A DNA stretch of 64,000 nt from Chrysomallon squamiferum (Eukaryota > Animalia > Mollusca): positions 15,934,001-15,998,000 of the forward strand of contig CM022678.1 in NCBI GenBank assembly GCA_012295275.1. The letters run 5' to 3'. The notes beneath the pieces were generated by a model that searched no databases, had not been told where the DNA came from, and worked only from the letters and a program-made list of their open reading frames with translations. The translations under genes were made by a program, and so were the position numbers. Each line of letters opens with the position of its first letter. Position 1 is the first letter of the stretch. Shown here one piece after another: positions 1 through 13,491 of this stretch.

Positions 1-463
1 AGCAAAAATCAGTTTGGTACAAACCAATAGTTCCCAGCCTTTTGTAGGCCATACCCCAACTGAACACTTGAAAATTTTAAATACCTCTTTGGCATAAAAA
101 CAAAGCAAGTTAATAAATTTAGAGTTCTGGATGTATTCATTAACAATTTTCAAAAACAAAACAAATTTAGTTTAATTATTTTCTTATTCTGCACTTGCTA
201 AATTAATGACCCAGCAAAATGTGTGTGTAAATATCAAATTGTCAATTCACATTATCACTTAATATTCAAACTGAGTCCTTAATTTGGTGTAGACTTGATA
301 ATCACGTCAAGTGGAATTAAAATGGTTCAAGTGAAATTTTGATTAAATACTAAGATAGAAACAAAAGTTTGGCATTTACTTGTGAAAATACTTCAGAATT
401 TTTAACTTAAAAATGTCCACGTGTTACATTCATGTGGGGTTTTTGATAGAAACATGTTTTTAC

Positions 464-600
464 CTTTTGGCTTCTTCTTGCTAGGAGATCGAGTTTTCTT
501 TGCCACAGCACTTTTCTCTCGTAGTTTCTTCAGGTGGAAAGTGATGAAGTTCCACATCATCCATGCCTGCAGTAGACACATGGCAGCCAAACAGTTAATT
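464..600 (-). CDS. TRAM1: TRAM1-like exon 12; gene continues beyond left edge
   Basis: INCLAAMCLLQAWMMWNFITFHLKKLREKSAVAKKTRSPSKKKPK; last TM helix plus basic cytosolic tail; donor gtaaaa at 463; no terminal exon seen in 1-463; 1027 nt CDS in window. Confidence 0.94.
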
Positions 601-842
601 CTGAAAAAAATTGAAGTACTAATAATGAGGATAAATTTTTATTTATATTTTTGTAAAAGTTAAAATGAAGAAAGAAAGAAAAAGGTAGACAGGAACCAAG
701 AAGTCGATATGAAAAGATGGCCAAAAAAATAAACTAAGAGCCATGCAATCATGGGGGAAAAAAATAATTAAAAAAAAATAGGAAAAAGAAAAAGACAAAT
801 AGCAGCTAAATAATAATGTTGGAACAACAATGGAAAAATTAC

Positions 843-914
843 CTTATCAGTTTTGTGTTAAAGTTTCCTACAGCAATGTCAATGGTTGTTCGACTTGTCT
901 GTTCCAGACCATAC
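843..914 (-). CDS. TRAM1: TRAM1-like exon 11
   Basis: YGLEQTSRTTIDIAVGNFNTKLIR (GNFN motif); 72 nt. Confidence 0.95.
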
Positions 915-1168
915 CTAAAACAGTTTAAAAAACAAAAAATAAAGATTTCAAAAATAATTTTAACAAAGCAATACAGTTGTTTTTTTAAAAACTTGTTTAT
1001 AAACAACTCACATCTCAAAACATTTTGAAAATTAAATCTGATTTATTAATTATTATTAATCATAAAAAGCATAAAAAAAATAAATTAATTATTTAATGGC
1101 TAATCTAAATTATAGAGTTATCAATATTTTTTGTATGTTTAATTCTTTGCACTAAGTTATTAACTTAC

Positions 1169-1240
1169 CAAAATGTAAGAACTGCTAGAGTGATTGATCC
1201 AAGCCGTACCAACACAAAGAGAACATTAAATACCATAAAC
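1169..1240 (-). CDS. TRAM1: TRAM1-like exon 10
   Basis: FMVFNVLFVLVRLGSITLAVLTFW; cag/gtaagt; 72 nt. Confidence 0.95.
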
Positions 1241-1777
1241 CTGTGAAAAATACAATAATTATATATATTCATATTCATATACATATACATATACATAAAT
1301 GAAGAAGTGCACAAGCCTAACAAACGTATGCATATACAACACACACACGACATATGTTGGTACCCACACACACAAACAGATATTTGTATACAACACACAT
1401 TATCAATACAACAAGCCATCATCACGTTAGATAAAATAATGTGGCCAAATAAAAGTATTCGCTGTAAATATTTGTGAACAGTTTTACTGATGTAAGCATG
1501 ATCAAAGTATCTGTATTGAACAGAAACATTTTCCAGACACAAAACAGACTTCCTACCATTTTATCTCAGTGAATTTCTTCACAAGTCTATACACAACCTG
1601 AACATCAGATCAACACTACTTTAAAAAATAAAAAAAAATAAAAACAGATTTAAAAATTACTGCTAATGCCAAAGCATTTCTTTTACATTTAATGGATCTA
1701 TTAACAAGACAGAATAAATTTGAAAAAATCTGAAGTATCTGCTGAGCTAGTACAAACATTTTTAGAGTTTTACTTAC

Positions 1778-1888
1778 GCAGTTGATGACATTTCATTTTT
1801 GTCTGCAAAATAAAGTAGCCTAGCAACATGGAAAACAAACTCCACAGCATAATGTAGAACTAAGAGGCAGAGAGCAACTCGGTTGAAA
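1778..1888 (-). CDS. TRAM1: TRAM1-like exon 9
   Basis: FNRVALCLLVLHYAVEFVFHVARLLYFADKNEMSSTA; tag/gtaagt; 111 nt. Confidence 0.96.
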
Positions 1889-2531
1889 CTAGAAAATAAT
1901 ATAATAAAAACATTTTAAAATTATATGTGCTGTGTGTGTTTTTAAAATTATCATCTAGTTATGTAAATAAATAATAATACTGCTGAATTATTAAATGATG
2001 TTAAAAATATATTTCTCTGTAATGATAAAATTTAATGTATATCAAAATTTCTGTTCACACGTCTATCTCTGTCAGAGCAGATAATTTATTTCAAAAAAAG
2101 AAAAATAAATATTTTTTTACACTTTTGAAACAAAATACTTGTATTGAAGAAATATTTTCTTTCACATTCTGTTCCTGTAATGATTTTCCAACAAGATCAT
2201 TTTTAATGTGAACTGTGTGCAGATATTAATTTCACACAACAGTCACTTATTAAAACCACAGAAATAAATAAACCAAACACCCAATGTCCTAAAATAAATA
2301 TGAGATAAATGTCAAATGTAAAAACAGTAAAACTTTTTTAAAAACCTGTTTAAGTTAAAACAACTCCTTTGACAGGTCTTTTTATTTTATTTTAGTTTTA
2401 GAAAAGTTCTTGAACTATTTCAGCTTGAAAAATAATAAAAATTTGTTTTCTTTAAAGTTTTTAGAAATTACACTAAAAATGTTATTTCTCAATTCACAAT
2501 TTTGTGGTTCTAAAATTTCATCAGGACTTAC

Positions 2532-2602
2532 TTGAGCATGTAAGCTGCAGTTATAAAAACAAGATACATTGTAGCATACTGAATTCTGGCAGGCATTTCT
2601 TC
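2532..2602 (-). CDS. TRAM1: TRAM1-like exon 8
   Basis: EEMPARIQYATMYLVFITAAYMLN; cag/gtaagt; 71 nt. Confidence 0.95.
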
Positions 2603-3046
2603 CTGCAAATCACAAACAAAAGATTTCACGTTATTGAAAATAATAGATCATAATTTACAAATAAATATAAATTTTCTATTAGTGATACAAATATTAAAAG
2701 CAATTCAAATTATCCTGACTATAAGTAACAACTTTGTTTTGCAAAAGGAATGTACTATCTATTCCTACCTAATACAAATTAATAATACAATATTATATAC
2801 TGACACTAAAGCATTATAAAACATATACACTCACAAATATCAGAGTTCTGTCATAACTGGCAACATGTTAATTTAAAGTATTTCCTTTATAGGTACAGGG
2901 ATAATCACAATTCTAGAGGTATTTAAGATGTTACATCTGCTATTGAATCATGAAAGTAAATAAACAAAACACTAGTCAAACCAAAGGAAGCTCAACATAA
3001 ACCAGTTTTTCTGTATAAAATATAATATATGAAAGTAAATTGTTAC

Positions 3047-3100
3047 CTTTTTAACTTTTTGGAAGTACAGTTCAGGATAACTGTGCAGCCAATAAGCGAT
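3047..3100 (-). CDS. TRAM1: TRAM1-like exon 7
   Basis: IAYWLHSYPELYFQKVKK (YWLH..PELYFQK hallmark); 54 nt. Confidence 0.97.
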
Positions 3101-3612
3101 CTGAAAGAATTGAATACTAATAATAATTACGAAATTCAAGTAAACTAGCAGAAACAGAATTACTTATACAGAAACTTATTCTTATTTAAAATTTTCCAAG
3201 GTTAATATATAGTTAACATTATAGATATTAAATATTATTTCTGTTACTAGTTAGTTTTCATCACTAATAAGGATGCTTTATCTAAAAAGGGAAAATGACA
3301 CAATGCATGCTATAGAATACATCACATACTAAAAAATCAATTAACCCTTTCAGTTTTATTTTCGGAATAATAATAATGCTTTTCTAGTTTATTATAATGC
3401 CAGTTAATTAATAATTCATGCATTTCCCCATTATGAAACGGCAGAAAGTTTTCATTTGCAGATCTGCTGATCTATACTTTTCAGCAGGAATCCAAGTGTA
3501 GAAAATTCTGAACTGAAGTTACAACTGCAATTTTGGTCACTGTACAGATTATTATATATTGAAGTCTCAGTGGGTTTAACAATGGAATAAAGGTTTATGT
3601 ATGCTCACTCAC

Positions 3613-3643
3613 CTGAATTATGAAATAAAACTTGACCAGAAAC
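3613..3643 (-). CDS. TRAM1: TRAM1-like exon 6 (31-nt mini-exon)
   Basis: FLVKFYFIIQ; atttcag/gtgagt; phase 2->0 restores frame. Confidence 0.92.
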
Positions 3644-3837
3644 CTGAAATTAAAAATAAAATAATAATATATATTAAACTTCAAAATTATTTTCAAGGAC
3701 AACTATAAAAACAAGACATGTGAACTTAAACTAACTGTATAACAAAGTTTTTAATTTAATCAGATATTTTCTTAACCAGTTAGTATAATCTAAAAAACAA
3801 AAACATCATCACAAACCAAATCAGTCTAGCCTAATTA

Positions 3838-5719
3838 TAGGTACTGGCAGGCACATTTTTTCTGACTTTAATTTCACATAATATGCAAAACACTTAGCAC
3901 ATAATGAAAGCTGTAGCAAAAAGAATGAAAACACACAAAAAATTATGACCATCTCCATCGGTACGACGGGTATTTGGTCAGTCTTCAGCCCTATTTTGGC
4001 TACTTAGGCCAACTGTAGTTTGAAAAGTAATTGACACAAAAGGCTGGAAATCAACAAGAGTAATGGGACCAACTTGCTAAATGAGCTCAATTTTTTTCAG
4101 ACCTGTATGTTTGTTTGTCTATTCACAATAACATGCTAAGCATGCCAAAATCTTCAAAATGACACACGGCAGAATGAATAAAAGTTCAAATAGACACTGT
4201 GGTTTCAGTTTTTGTCTTATTTGACAAATTGAACCTGTGTTGTGAACAATTTATCAAGATCTTTCAAATGACATACTTGAATCTAACATTTTTTTTCTTC
4301 TGCCAAGCCCATAAAAAGAATTTAACTTTTCAATTTATATAGAACAGCACAACTTTATTTATATAAGCAGCTTCAATTTTCACAAATAATTAGTAATAAG
4401 TTATACTGTGATGTGTATATATTATATATATTTATATATATAAATGTTACTTAAAAGGACTACAAGCATTTGATATTTAACTATAGTCCTCTGGAATACA
4501 TAATCCTTGGAGTCTACTCCAGAAAGGTGTTGCAGGTATTAATTAGGGACAATAAAATATATGTAATCATGAGACTAGAGGCAATTAAAGACAGGTGTTA
4601 TAAGTCTGTCATTTGAAGCAAACATAAAAGAATTTTCTTAGCTTTGCCTAGCTGTGATTTGACAGCAAAAAAAAGTTACTTATCATCTGACCATTGTAGA
4701 AATTTTCTCTGATAGAGCTTATCAACAAGAAAAAATAATGTTTTAAAACTGATCAATTTATGATTATATATTTTAAAAGTGATTAGATTTTTATTCAGCA
4801 TTCCATCAATACCTCTGAATACATTGTTCTGTCTTGTTTACGATTCTTAATTCAACGTTTATCGCAAGAATTTTGAAAGCAAATAATCAGCTGTTTTAAA
4901 CAGAAGATAGTAATCAGCAAAATAATGTTAATTCGTTTATTTCAGAATGCAATTTCGCTTTGTACGTGCTATAACGTATACGCTAAAAATAGGAACATTG
5001 AAGAAAAACATACAGCTAACAAGTTATTAAAAAAATATAAACACCATATAAATATAATCATTTTAAACAGTGCCAGACCTTTCTAACTAGTTGTATATAA
5101 AATCTACAACAATTTCAGCCTGTAGAAAATGTAATGGCAATTTCATTAAGCATGTGTACTACTTTCAAATGCACCGCTTCTTTTTGCCAAAGAAGGCACA
5201 CCTTAGTGTCGCTCATTGTTTAAAAGGTAACTGAATGATCTTTCATTTGATTCCATGAACATAGGTTTTATTTTCAGCCAGTTTTTTTCATGAAAAAAAG
5301 CACGAAAAAGTACATCTTTGGACACAATTTTGATATAAGCCATTGCCAGCGATGACACAATAGAAAGACTGAACTTTGACCCTCCCAGCTGTGCTTAAAA
5401 TACCATTGAAGCCATATTGGTGAAAAAAAGCTGGGTGTTTGTACAGTGACCCTATTTTAGGACTTTTTACTCCACCCTGTTAATTGCTGACCAAGTGCAC
5501 CGAAGTGCGTTTACCCCCACCGCATTTAACACTCTCATACAAAGAACTGATTTAATATACAAAAAGAACACCACCATTTAAATGATAATGATCATTATTT
5601 CCATGTATTTGTTTTTTATGGTAGGATTTATAGAAGGGATTTGGGAGTGGAGGAAAACTGACAAAATCTGAACTTCTAACAGCTTTGAACAGTTATATCA
5701 GCTAGGCTGCTGGTACCTA
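3838..5719. mobile_element. Non-autonomous DNA transposon with 7-bp TSD (hATw-like?) in TRAM1 intron 5
   Basis: Termini TAGGTACTGGCAGGC and (rc) TAGGTACCAGCAGCC, 12/15 identical; flanked by exact direct repeat CTAATTA (3831-3837, 5720-5726); no long ORF; accounts for this being the longest TRAM intron. Confidence 0.55.
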
Positions 5720-6091
5720 CTAATTAACAGTGGAAATTCTAACTAATCAGTAATTTGTTATTAATGTTCTCTGGACAAGCAGGATTATTTATTTTGCTTT
5801 CCAGAGAAACTTGTTGTTGCCTGTTTTGAAATATGACCAAATTATCGGAAGATAATTTGTAATAAAAATCCACGTCACTCGTCTTTACAATAAAATATAA
5901 TTTCTCTTTAGTATATGTAACTTTAATTATTACTCAAAGCTTTATTAGTAATTAAATGAATATACTAAATATACTGCGCAAGATACACATTATATGAAAA
6001 TTTGAAAAAAGAATCACAAATTAATTTAATGAATTGCTAAAATGACACCGTCTGAAAATAAAACTTGAAAAACAATCGCTGATCAACTTAC

Positions 6092-6150
6092 GGTAGATTG
6101 GCATGAGGGTATCCATCCCACAGCTGACTGATGTTAGATATATAATTCTC
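6092..6150 (-). CDS. TRAM1: TRAM1-like exon 5
   Basis: ENYISNISQLWDGYPHANLP; cag/gtaagt; 59 nt, phase 0->2. Confidence 0.95.
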
Positions 6151-6546
6151 CTGTTGGACAAAATAAATTACAAAAATATTAAAACTGCAAGGTGACATTT
6201 TGTTTAGTTTTTTAAGAATTTCAAATATGAGCATTTTTATGGCAGGTATACCTAATACATGCCACAATATAATGCAAACTGCAAGCAATTAATTGAATGA
6301 GATAAATTATTAAACTAACTTCAATGTAAAAATTATAAAATTAAGAAACAAAAAGTAAAACAAAAACAAAAAAGAAATATTTTATTATTTGAAAAAATAC
6401 CAGCTAATGTAAGTAATATTATTAATTTAAACATTAAAATAATTATTTTCCCTGAAACAAGTATGCTGATGTTGATCTTTCAGTTAATCTGTAAATCTGA
6501 AAAATAGACTTGTTTTTCTTCAGGTAGAAGGTAATTATTTCCTTAC

Positions 6547-6663
6547 CCTCAGAATGAGGTCAGTGCCCCAGATACAGGATGTCAGGTAGAACGCCAGTAA
6601 CTGGCCAGACTCGTTAAACTTGCTGTGTTTTACCTTTGACAGGTGCATCTTACGATTCAGTTT
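6547..6663 (-). CDS. TRAM1: TRAM1-like exon 4
   Basis: [39 protein letters not shown] ([11 protein letters not shown] hallmark, start of TLC domain); 117 nt. Confidence 0.97.
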
Positions 6664-7092
6664 CTGTTAAATAAAATCAACCACGATATAATTAAAATGT
6701 GTCCAAAAACTAAAACAACTACTAAAGTAAGAATAATAAATAAATAAATTCTGAAAATAATTTTAGATTATTTTCTAGATCCTGCAAAAAAGTACTAATA
6801 ATAATAAAACATTTGAGTATAATCTTTCTCGTTTATTACTGTTTAACACCTACAACGAAGATCAGTCAGAGTTCTGTAAGAGGATTTAAAAGATTACAAA
6901 AATTAATTTTCTTCAGCAACTACTATGCCAGTCTAACTATATTGATTAAATATTTTAAGATTAAAATGTTTACCACGAATGAACAACTGACAAGTTTTAA
7001 ATAAGAACTTACCTCCAGAAAATTTTTCACAGACATATATGGAAAAACATACACAACTGCTTAAATAAGAATTTATATCCAGCATATATTTA

Positions 7093-7275
<183 letters not shown>

Positions 7276-7742
7276 TTACAAATACTTCACAACCACCTAT
7301 CTTTCAACAATCATTAAGTAAAAATGTTGTATCAAGTAAACAGTTTTGTTACTTGATAAAATAATTAAAAGACTAAAAAAAAATAATAATAATAATAATA
7401 ATAAAAACATTTTAACATTCAATCATAAAAAAAATTAAAAATATTAATATTAATAAAAAAATAATGATGAAGTATTAATATGAATCTGCGAATAAGATTT
7501 TACTTATAGATTTAAAATAATATGTCAGACACCAAGCTAATTTGAATGTGAAAACAACATTTAATATTTATAAAATCTTGAAGTTTTATATGGACTGTCA
7601 AAATAATTTTGCAAACTTCTTGAGAAATAGAAAGCTAATTTTATATTAAGGACTATAATTTTTATTTATAATAATTACTGATTGTAGTGAATAATTAAAA
7701 AATAATAATCAAGCTATAAAAATAAATTCCTTAAATATTTAC

Positions 7743-7800
7743 CATTAAGAGTGACATTGTGCTGCATGGCCACAAACATAGATGCAACTGGTGCTGTTGC
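7743..7800 (-). CDS. TRAM1: TRAM1-like exon 2
   Basis: tag|ATAPVASMFVAMQHNVTLN|gtaaat; includes the N-V-T sequon seen in TRAM; 58 nt, phase 0->1. Confidence 0.93.
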
Positions 7801-8395
7801 CTACAAAGAAAATATTTATATGAAAAAGAAAAAGAAAAAAGAAAATCCACATTAATAATGCTTTTAAAAAAATAAATTTACATTTAAAGAAAAAATTAAA
7901 AGAATTATATTAATTAATTCTATAAACTTGTAAATGTACACTTTCTATATCACATCAAATAAAATTTTTATAAATAGGTAAACTGACACATTACAATTTA
8001 TACTATCAATTTATTTCAGTTCATTTTAATTCCATTTTTTACACGATCAGATTTGTTTTCTTGTCAATATGTGTAACCACATAAAAAAAGAATTAAGGCA
8101 TTATCTCTGTAAGATAATACATGCCATAAATTTGTTATCTGATTTTAAATTTAAACGTATCTGTCACTGTGTCACTATCTGACAATTGTTTCTAATGTAA
8201 GTATTATTTTTACGTTCATTTCAATTTAGGCTATTATTTTTTGATTTAAAACATGTATGTAACATTTTATAAAACTTTAAAAATATCATATTATGTCCTT
8301 TATAAATGGCTTGAACTATGCTCATGGCTTAAACAAAATGTATTAACATATGGAATTGCCATTATAACTCGAGATACCGATCTTATCATGCCTTA

Positions 8396-9170
<775 letters not shown>

Positions 9171-9409
9171 TATAGTTTATATTGTTGTAATAATTACTAA
9201 TGAATTAATTACCAAAAGAAAGAAACAGACAATCAAACAACAACAACAACAAACTTAACTTATTATTATTTTTAATATTAATAATTTTCAAAATTTTTTT
9301 TATTAATATCATGACAAATTGACATGTGTTAACAATTTTTATTTTCCGGAAGAAAGGAGCAAAATTTATTACCTTTTAAATTGATCATTTTTAAAATGTA
9401 TTTTTGTAG

Positions 9410-9535
9410 GTAACATGATAATAATGAAGATGATGCAAGTGAAGGAGATGATAATATTTAAAAATCTCACATTAACTGCTGCAGCAATAATTTGAATAAA
9501 CAAACTCTTATTCTACAAAATTTATTTTCAACCAG
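9410..9535 (+). other. Candidate 5' UTR exon of ZMYND8
   Basis: tttttgtag acceptor and accag|gtttt donor; contains a short uORF; no homology support. Confidence 0.3.
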
Positions 9536-10185
9536 GTTTTTAATCAGTTTCTTTCATTTTCTGTGAAATTACTTCTCTTCAGTGTATTATTAAATCATAA
9601 ATGTTTCTTTACATAAGAATGTTAAAAAATATTATTTTATGAGCAGCCTGTAATTTTGAAAAGTGCTTGGCTAATGTATTACAAATAACATTATTTAGCT
9701 TTTTCCAGCAAGTGGCCACTTCTGTTCTATCATATTCTTGTGAAGGTTACTAAACAAAATGTCATTCTGCTAACTGATCAGATTAGCAAGTGAAAAAAGA
9801 AAATATCTTGACCATCTGCAAGATATTATATATGTTTGTGTTTAAAGGTGATGCCCAAGGTACATTAAATTGATGAACCAAATCTTTCTCTATCCTCTTG
9901 GGCTGTGTCCTATTCCATCTTTATCATGGAATGTGTTTTATCCTTCTTGGGAATATGAAAAAAGATCTGTATTAAAAGTTATCTGAAGTTTAGTGAAATA
10001 GGTGTTCTATTTCCTTCTCTTTTTTTTTCCTATCATATTACAAAAAGTATACATCATCAGACACCTGACTCCAGTAATATTAAATTCATTATACAAATAT
10101 TATTTAAAAAGAAAATATATATTTTTATTATTATTTGTCTTTTTGTTTTATACACACAATAATTTTTTTGTTTTATTTGTTTCAG

Positions 10186-10236
10186 GAAATTCATTGTTAG
10201 CCTTTTATGAAAAGATTCTTCAGCATTAGTATAAAG
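10186..10236 (+). other. Candidate 5' UTR or alternative start exon of ZMYND8
   Basis: Strong polypyrimidine tract + tttcag and strong donor aaag|gtatgt; contains ATG-MKRFFSISIK ending in phase 0. Confidence 0.45.
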
Positions 10237-12017
10237 GTATGTTGTTAATTTGTTTAATTATTGTGAGACAGATAGGTTGGTATAATATATATCTAAGGAA
10301 TAAACAAACAATACAGGGTTTCCAGTTAAATGGCTTTAATACTAAGGAATCCCTGATGTAGCAGTATTAACATGTACAGCATGGTAACTCTGGTGTCTCC
10401 AAGCAGGACAAACTGACCAGGTTCATAAAACAAATCATAATAAAAATTCTACAGTTGCAAAACTAAAAACATCAAACCAATACAACACCCCCACACACAC
10501 ACAACCAGTGTCACCACCTTGACTAGCAATTGTTTAACACCCTGCAATGTCCCAGGCCAGACTGCAATGCTTTGCTCTCTGAGAATCCCCCTCCTTAAAT
10601 TCCAGGCAGCAGTTGCCATATATGGTCATGTGACATTACCATACAGTCCCCAGTGCTAATGAAAGCTCCCAATAGGAGGCAGTCATCTTAATCGATCTTG
10701 CTAGCACTTACTCCCCACTAATTACTTTAAAACATTATATTCTGACCTTTATAGAATAGGAAGCAATGGCTATTATTTCACTATTCTACATATATATGGA
10801 AGTATATCTGTTTATAAAGCTTATTAGGCAATTTATTTATTTATTTTTATTTAATAATAATAATTATTATTTATTGAAGCTGTCTAAAAGAAATTATATT
10901 TTTGTTAATGTTGGTACAACTATACTATTTATTTATTTATTTATTTATTGTTTTTAATTTATTAGTTGGCCATCTGAAAAAATATATGCATGCATTTCTA
11001 AATGTTAATATAAATGTAAACTGTTCATTTATATATTCATTATTTTTATTTATTATTATTATTATTTCACAGTAGTATTGATATTATACATTTTTGGAAA
11101 TTATTAAATATCAGTATGAATGTGTAGAATTTATTTATATCTGCATAGATATTCTATGTGTTTATAAATGACAGAATACAGGATGTATTTGTTGTAACAG
11201 CTGCTTTTTAAAGTAATTGTTAAAACAGCTGGAAAACAAGGCAAAACCTCGACAAAACTAACTGTGTGGAACAAAACAGTAATTGCTTGTAATATTATTA
11301 ACTGTACGTATTAATTATAGACATGATGTTCATTTACATGTAATGATAATGGATTTACATGTTTGTACATTGAAGTGTACTTTTGGTGAGTCAAACAATT
11401 AGTTAAATTATATGGATCCAATGGTTGTACAACTTAAAAAAGTATACCAGATGCTTTTTTGTTCCTGTTCTTCCTCACTGTACTGTTTTTAACATACAGA
11501 CAAATAATATTATGTCAAGAAAAAAAAAATGAAAATTAGTGTCAATTAAAATCAAACTGTTCCAGAAGAATTATCTGTGTGTGTGTATGAGTGTGTGTGT
11601 GTGCATTTGTGTATGAATGTGTGTGTGCATTTGTGTATGAGTGTGTGTGTGTGTGCATTTGTGTGTCTTTTTGTGATGCAGCATGCCAGAGATTTTCACA
11701 GGGGCTTTTCAGAAAACAATTTGTTATAAATAACAGGGCGATAATGTTTTAAAATGACCATCGTATGTACACATATGAATACTTTTTCCTTCTGTTCAGA
11801 TAGAAATAAAAAATATATTCTCTATTCTTGCTCTTTTTGAAATCACATGATTGGACTGTACGTTTTAACAAATTTTTTAATATATGCATATTATATGTGC
11901 TGTAACAGAAATTATATTTTATTAGCAGATTTGAGAAAAAGAAAATACAAATTCACTGGATTTGATTGGTATAATATTTCAGTGCTTTTTGCATTAATAG
12001 AATAATAATAATAATAG

Positions 12018-12061
<44 letters not shown>

Positions 12062-12698
12062 GGTTATAGTCTGAGATATATTGTTGTATTGTTGTACTAA
12101 TATGTTTTGGCATATATAAAGTTAAAATAATTAAATAATATAAATTATTATTTAAAATAGATATTCCAGTTTTTCTTTTGTAATACAAACAAATATTTTT
12201 TTTTTTCAAGATTCAATATATTATACAGTTCATTATTACATGTGTTGAAATAATTTTTATATATTGTGTCTTGTTATGAGAGAATGACACACCTGGCAGT
12301 ATGAATGGAAGCATAAATAATAATGATGATGCTGATGATGATAATTGGTAATGGCATTATCAGTCAAAATAAATAATATATAATAACAATAATAATCTAT
12401 TAACTCAGCTTAGAATTTTGACAGAATATGCAGAGTAAACAAATCAATAACAGCTGTATATTTGTTTTATTCCTTATTAACAGATCATAATCATACCTGG
12501 ATCATTTTTTAATTTTTTTTATATTAAAATAAATAGGTAACAGACTGTCAACAACATTATAGTCATAAATTTATGTAAATATTTTCATTATTTTATTATG
12601 TGAATACTTTTTTCCACTGTGTTTAAATACAGGTAATTAAAAAAACCCAACAACACACAATTACATTCAGTCAGGTTTTATAATGTATTTTTAAAAAG

Positions 12699-12735
<37 letters not shown>

Positions 12736-13057
12736 TTTCTTTAAACAAATATTTCTTAAATTTATTTTTCTTTCTCTTATAGGCTGCTAAAGGTTTCAGC
12801 AACTTTTGTTTATAATACATATGAAACAGTCAAATTCATTTTGAACCCTCAGTATCTCAAACTGACTGACTGAATGAATGAATGGGTGTTCAAGACATCC
12901 CCACCATGAATCTGACAGACCAAAGCACAATTTCTTTTTCCCCACAAAATTTCTTATTGAAATAAAACAATTGTTGAATTGTTGCAAAGTCCTGTACCAA
13001 AATAACAATCTATATTCTGTGATACATCTTTTTTATATTTTCTAATGAATAACCTCA

Positions 13058-13096
<39 letters not shown>

Positions 13097-13434
13097 AAAA
13101 AAATTGGGTTGTTAAATTCTGTGTGATTATATCTGTATGAAAAAAAATCATTCATGTCTTGAAGAGTTAATTTGCTGTTTAAATAATTAAAAATGAAGAT
13201 TTTGGATTTATATCTTTTTAACAATAACTGATGTACATTTTAGTACTTTGTTAACTGACTTACATTGTAAATTAACTTTACAATGAATTGGCATTAACAG
13301 ACATGATGATAACTGCTAACATTACTTTTCTAGTTTACTTACTAAACTGATTTTTACATTAACTCTTTGTTTACTAGTTATTTTATCAAGAAGTTATTAT
13401 TATATACTTTTTAAAAATGATTTTATTCAACAGA

Positions 13435-13491
13435 ATGCCTGCTAACACACGCTGGAAAGGAAGCAAGCTGATCAGTCAAGCCAAACATAAG
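13435..13491 (+). CDS. ZMYND8: ZMYND8-like, probable first coding exon
   Basis: caacag|a ATG MPANTRWKGSKLISQAKHK|gtaatt; phase 0 joins next exon in frame; no homology support. Confidence 0.6.

Noticed and set aside
3341-3580. piggyBac-like MITE (TTAACCCTTT ... GGGTTTAA)
   Set aside because: Inverted match beyond TTAA/CCC is too short to distinguish from chance.
12783-12792. 10-nt micro-exon (tag|GCTGCTAAAG|gtttca)
   Set aside because: Weak donor and no independent support.
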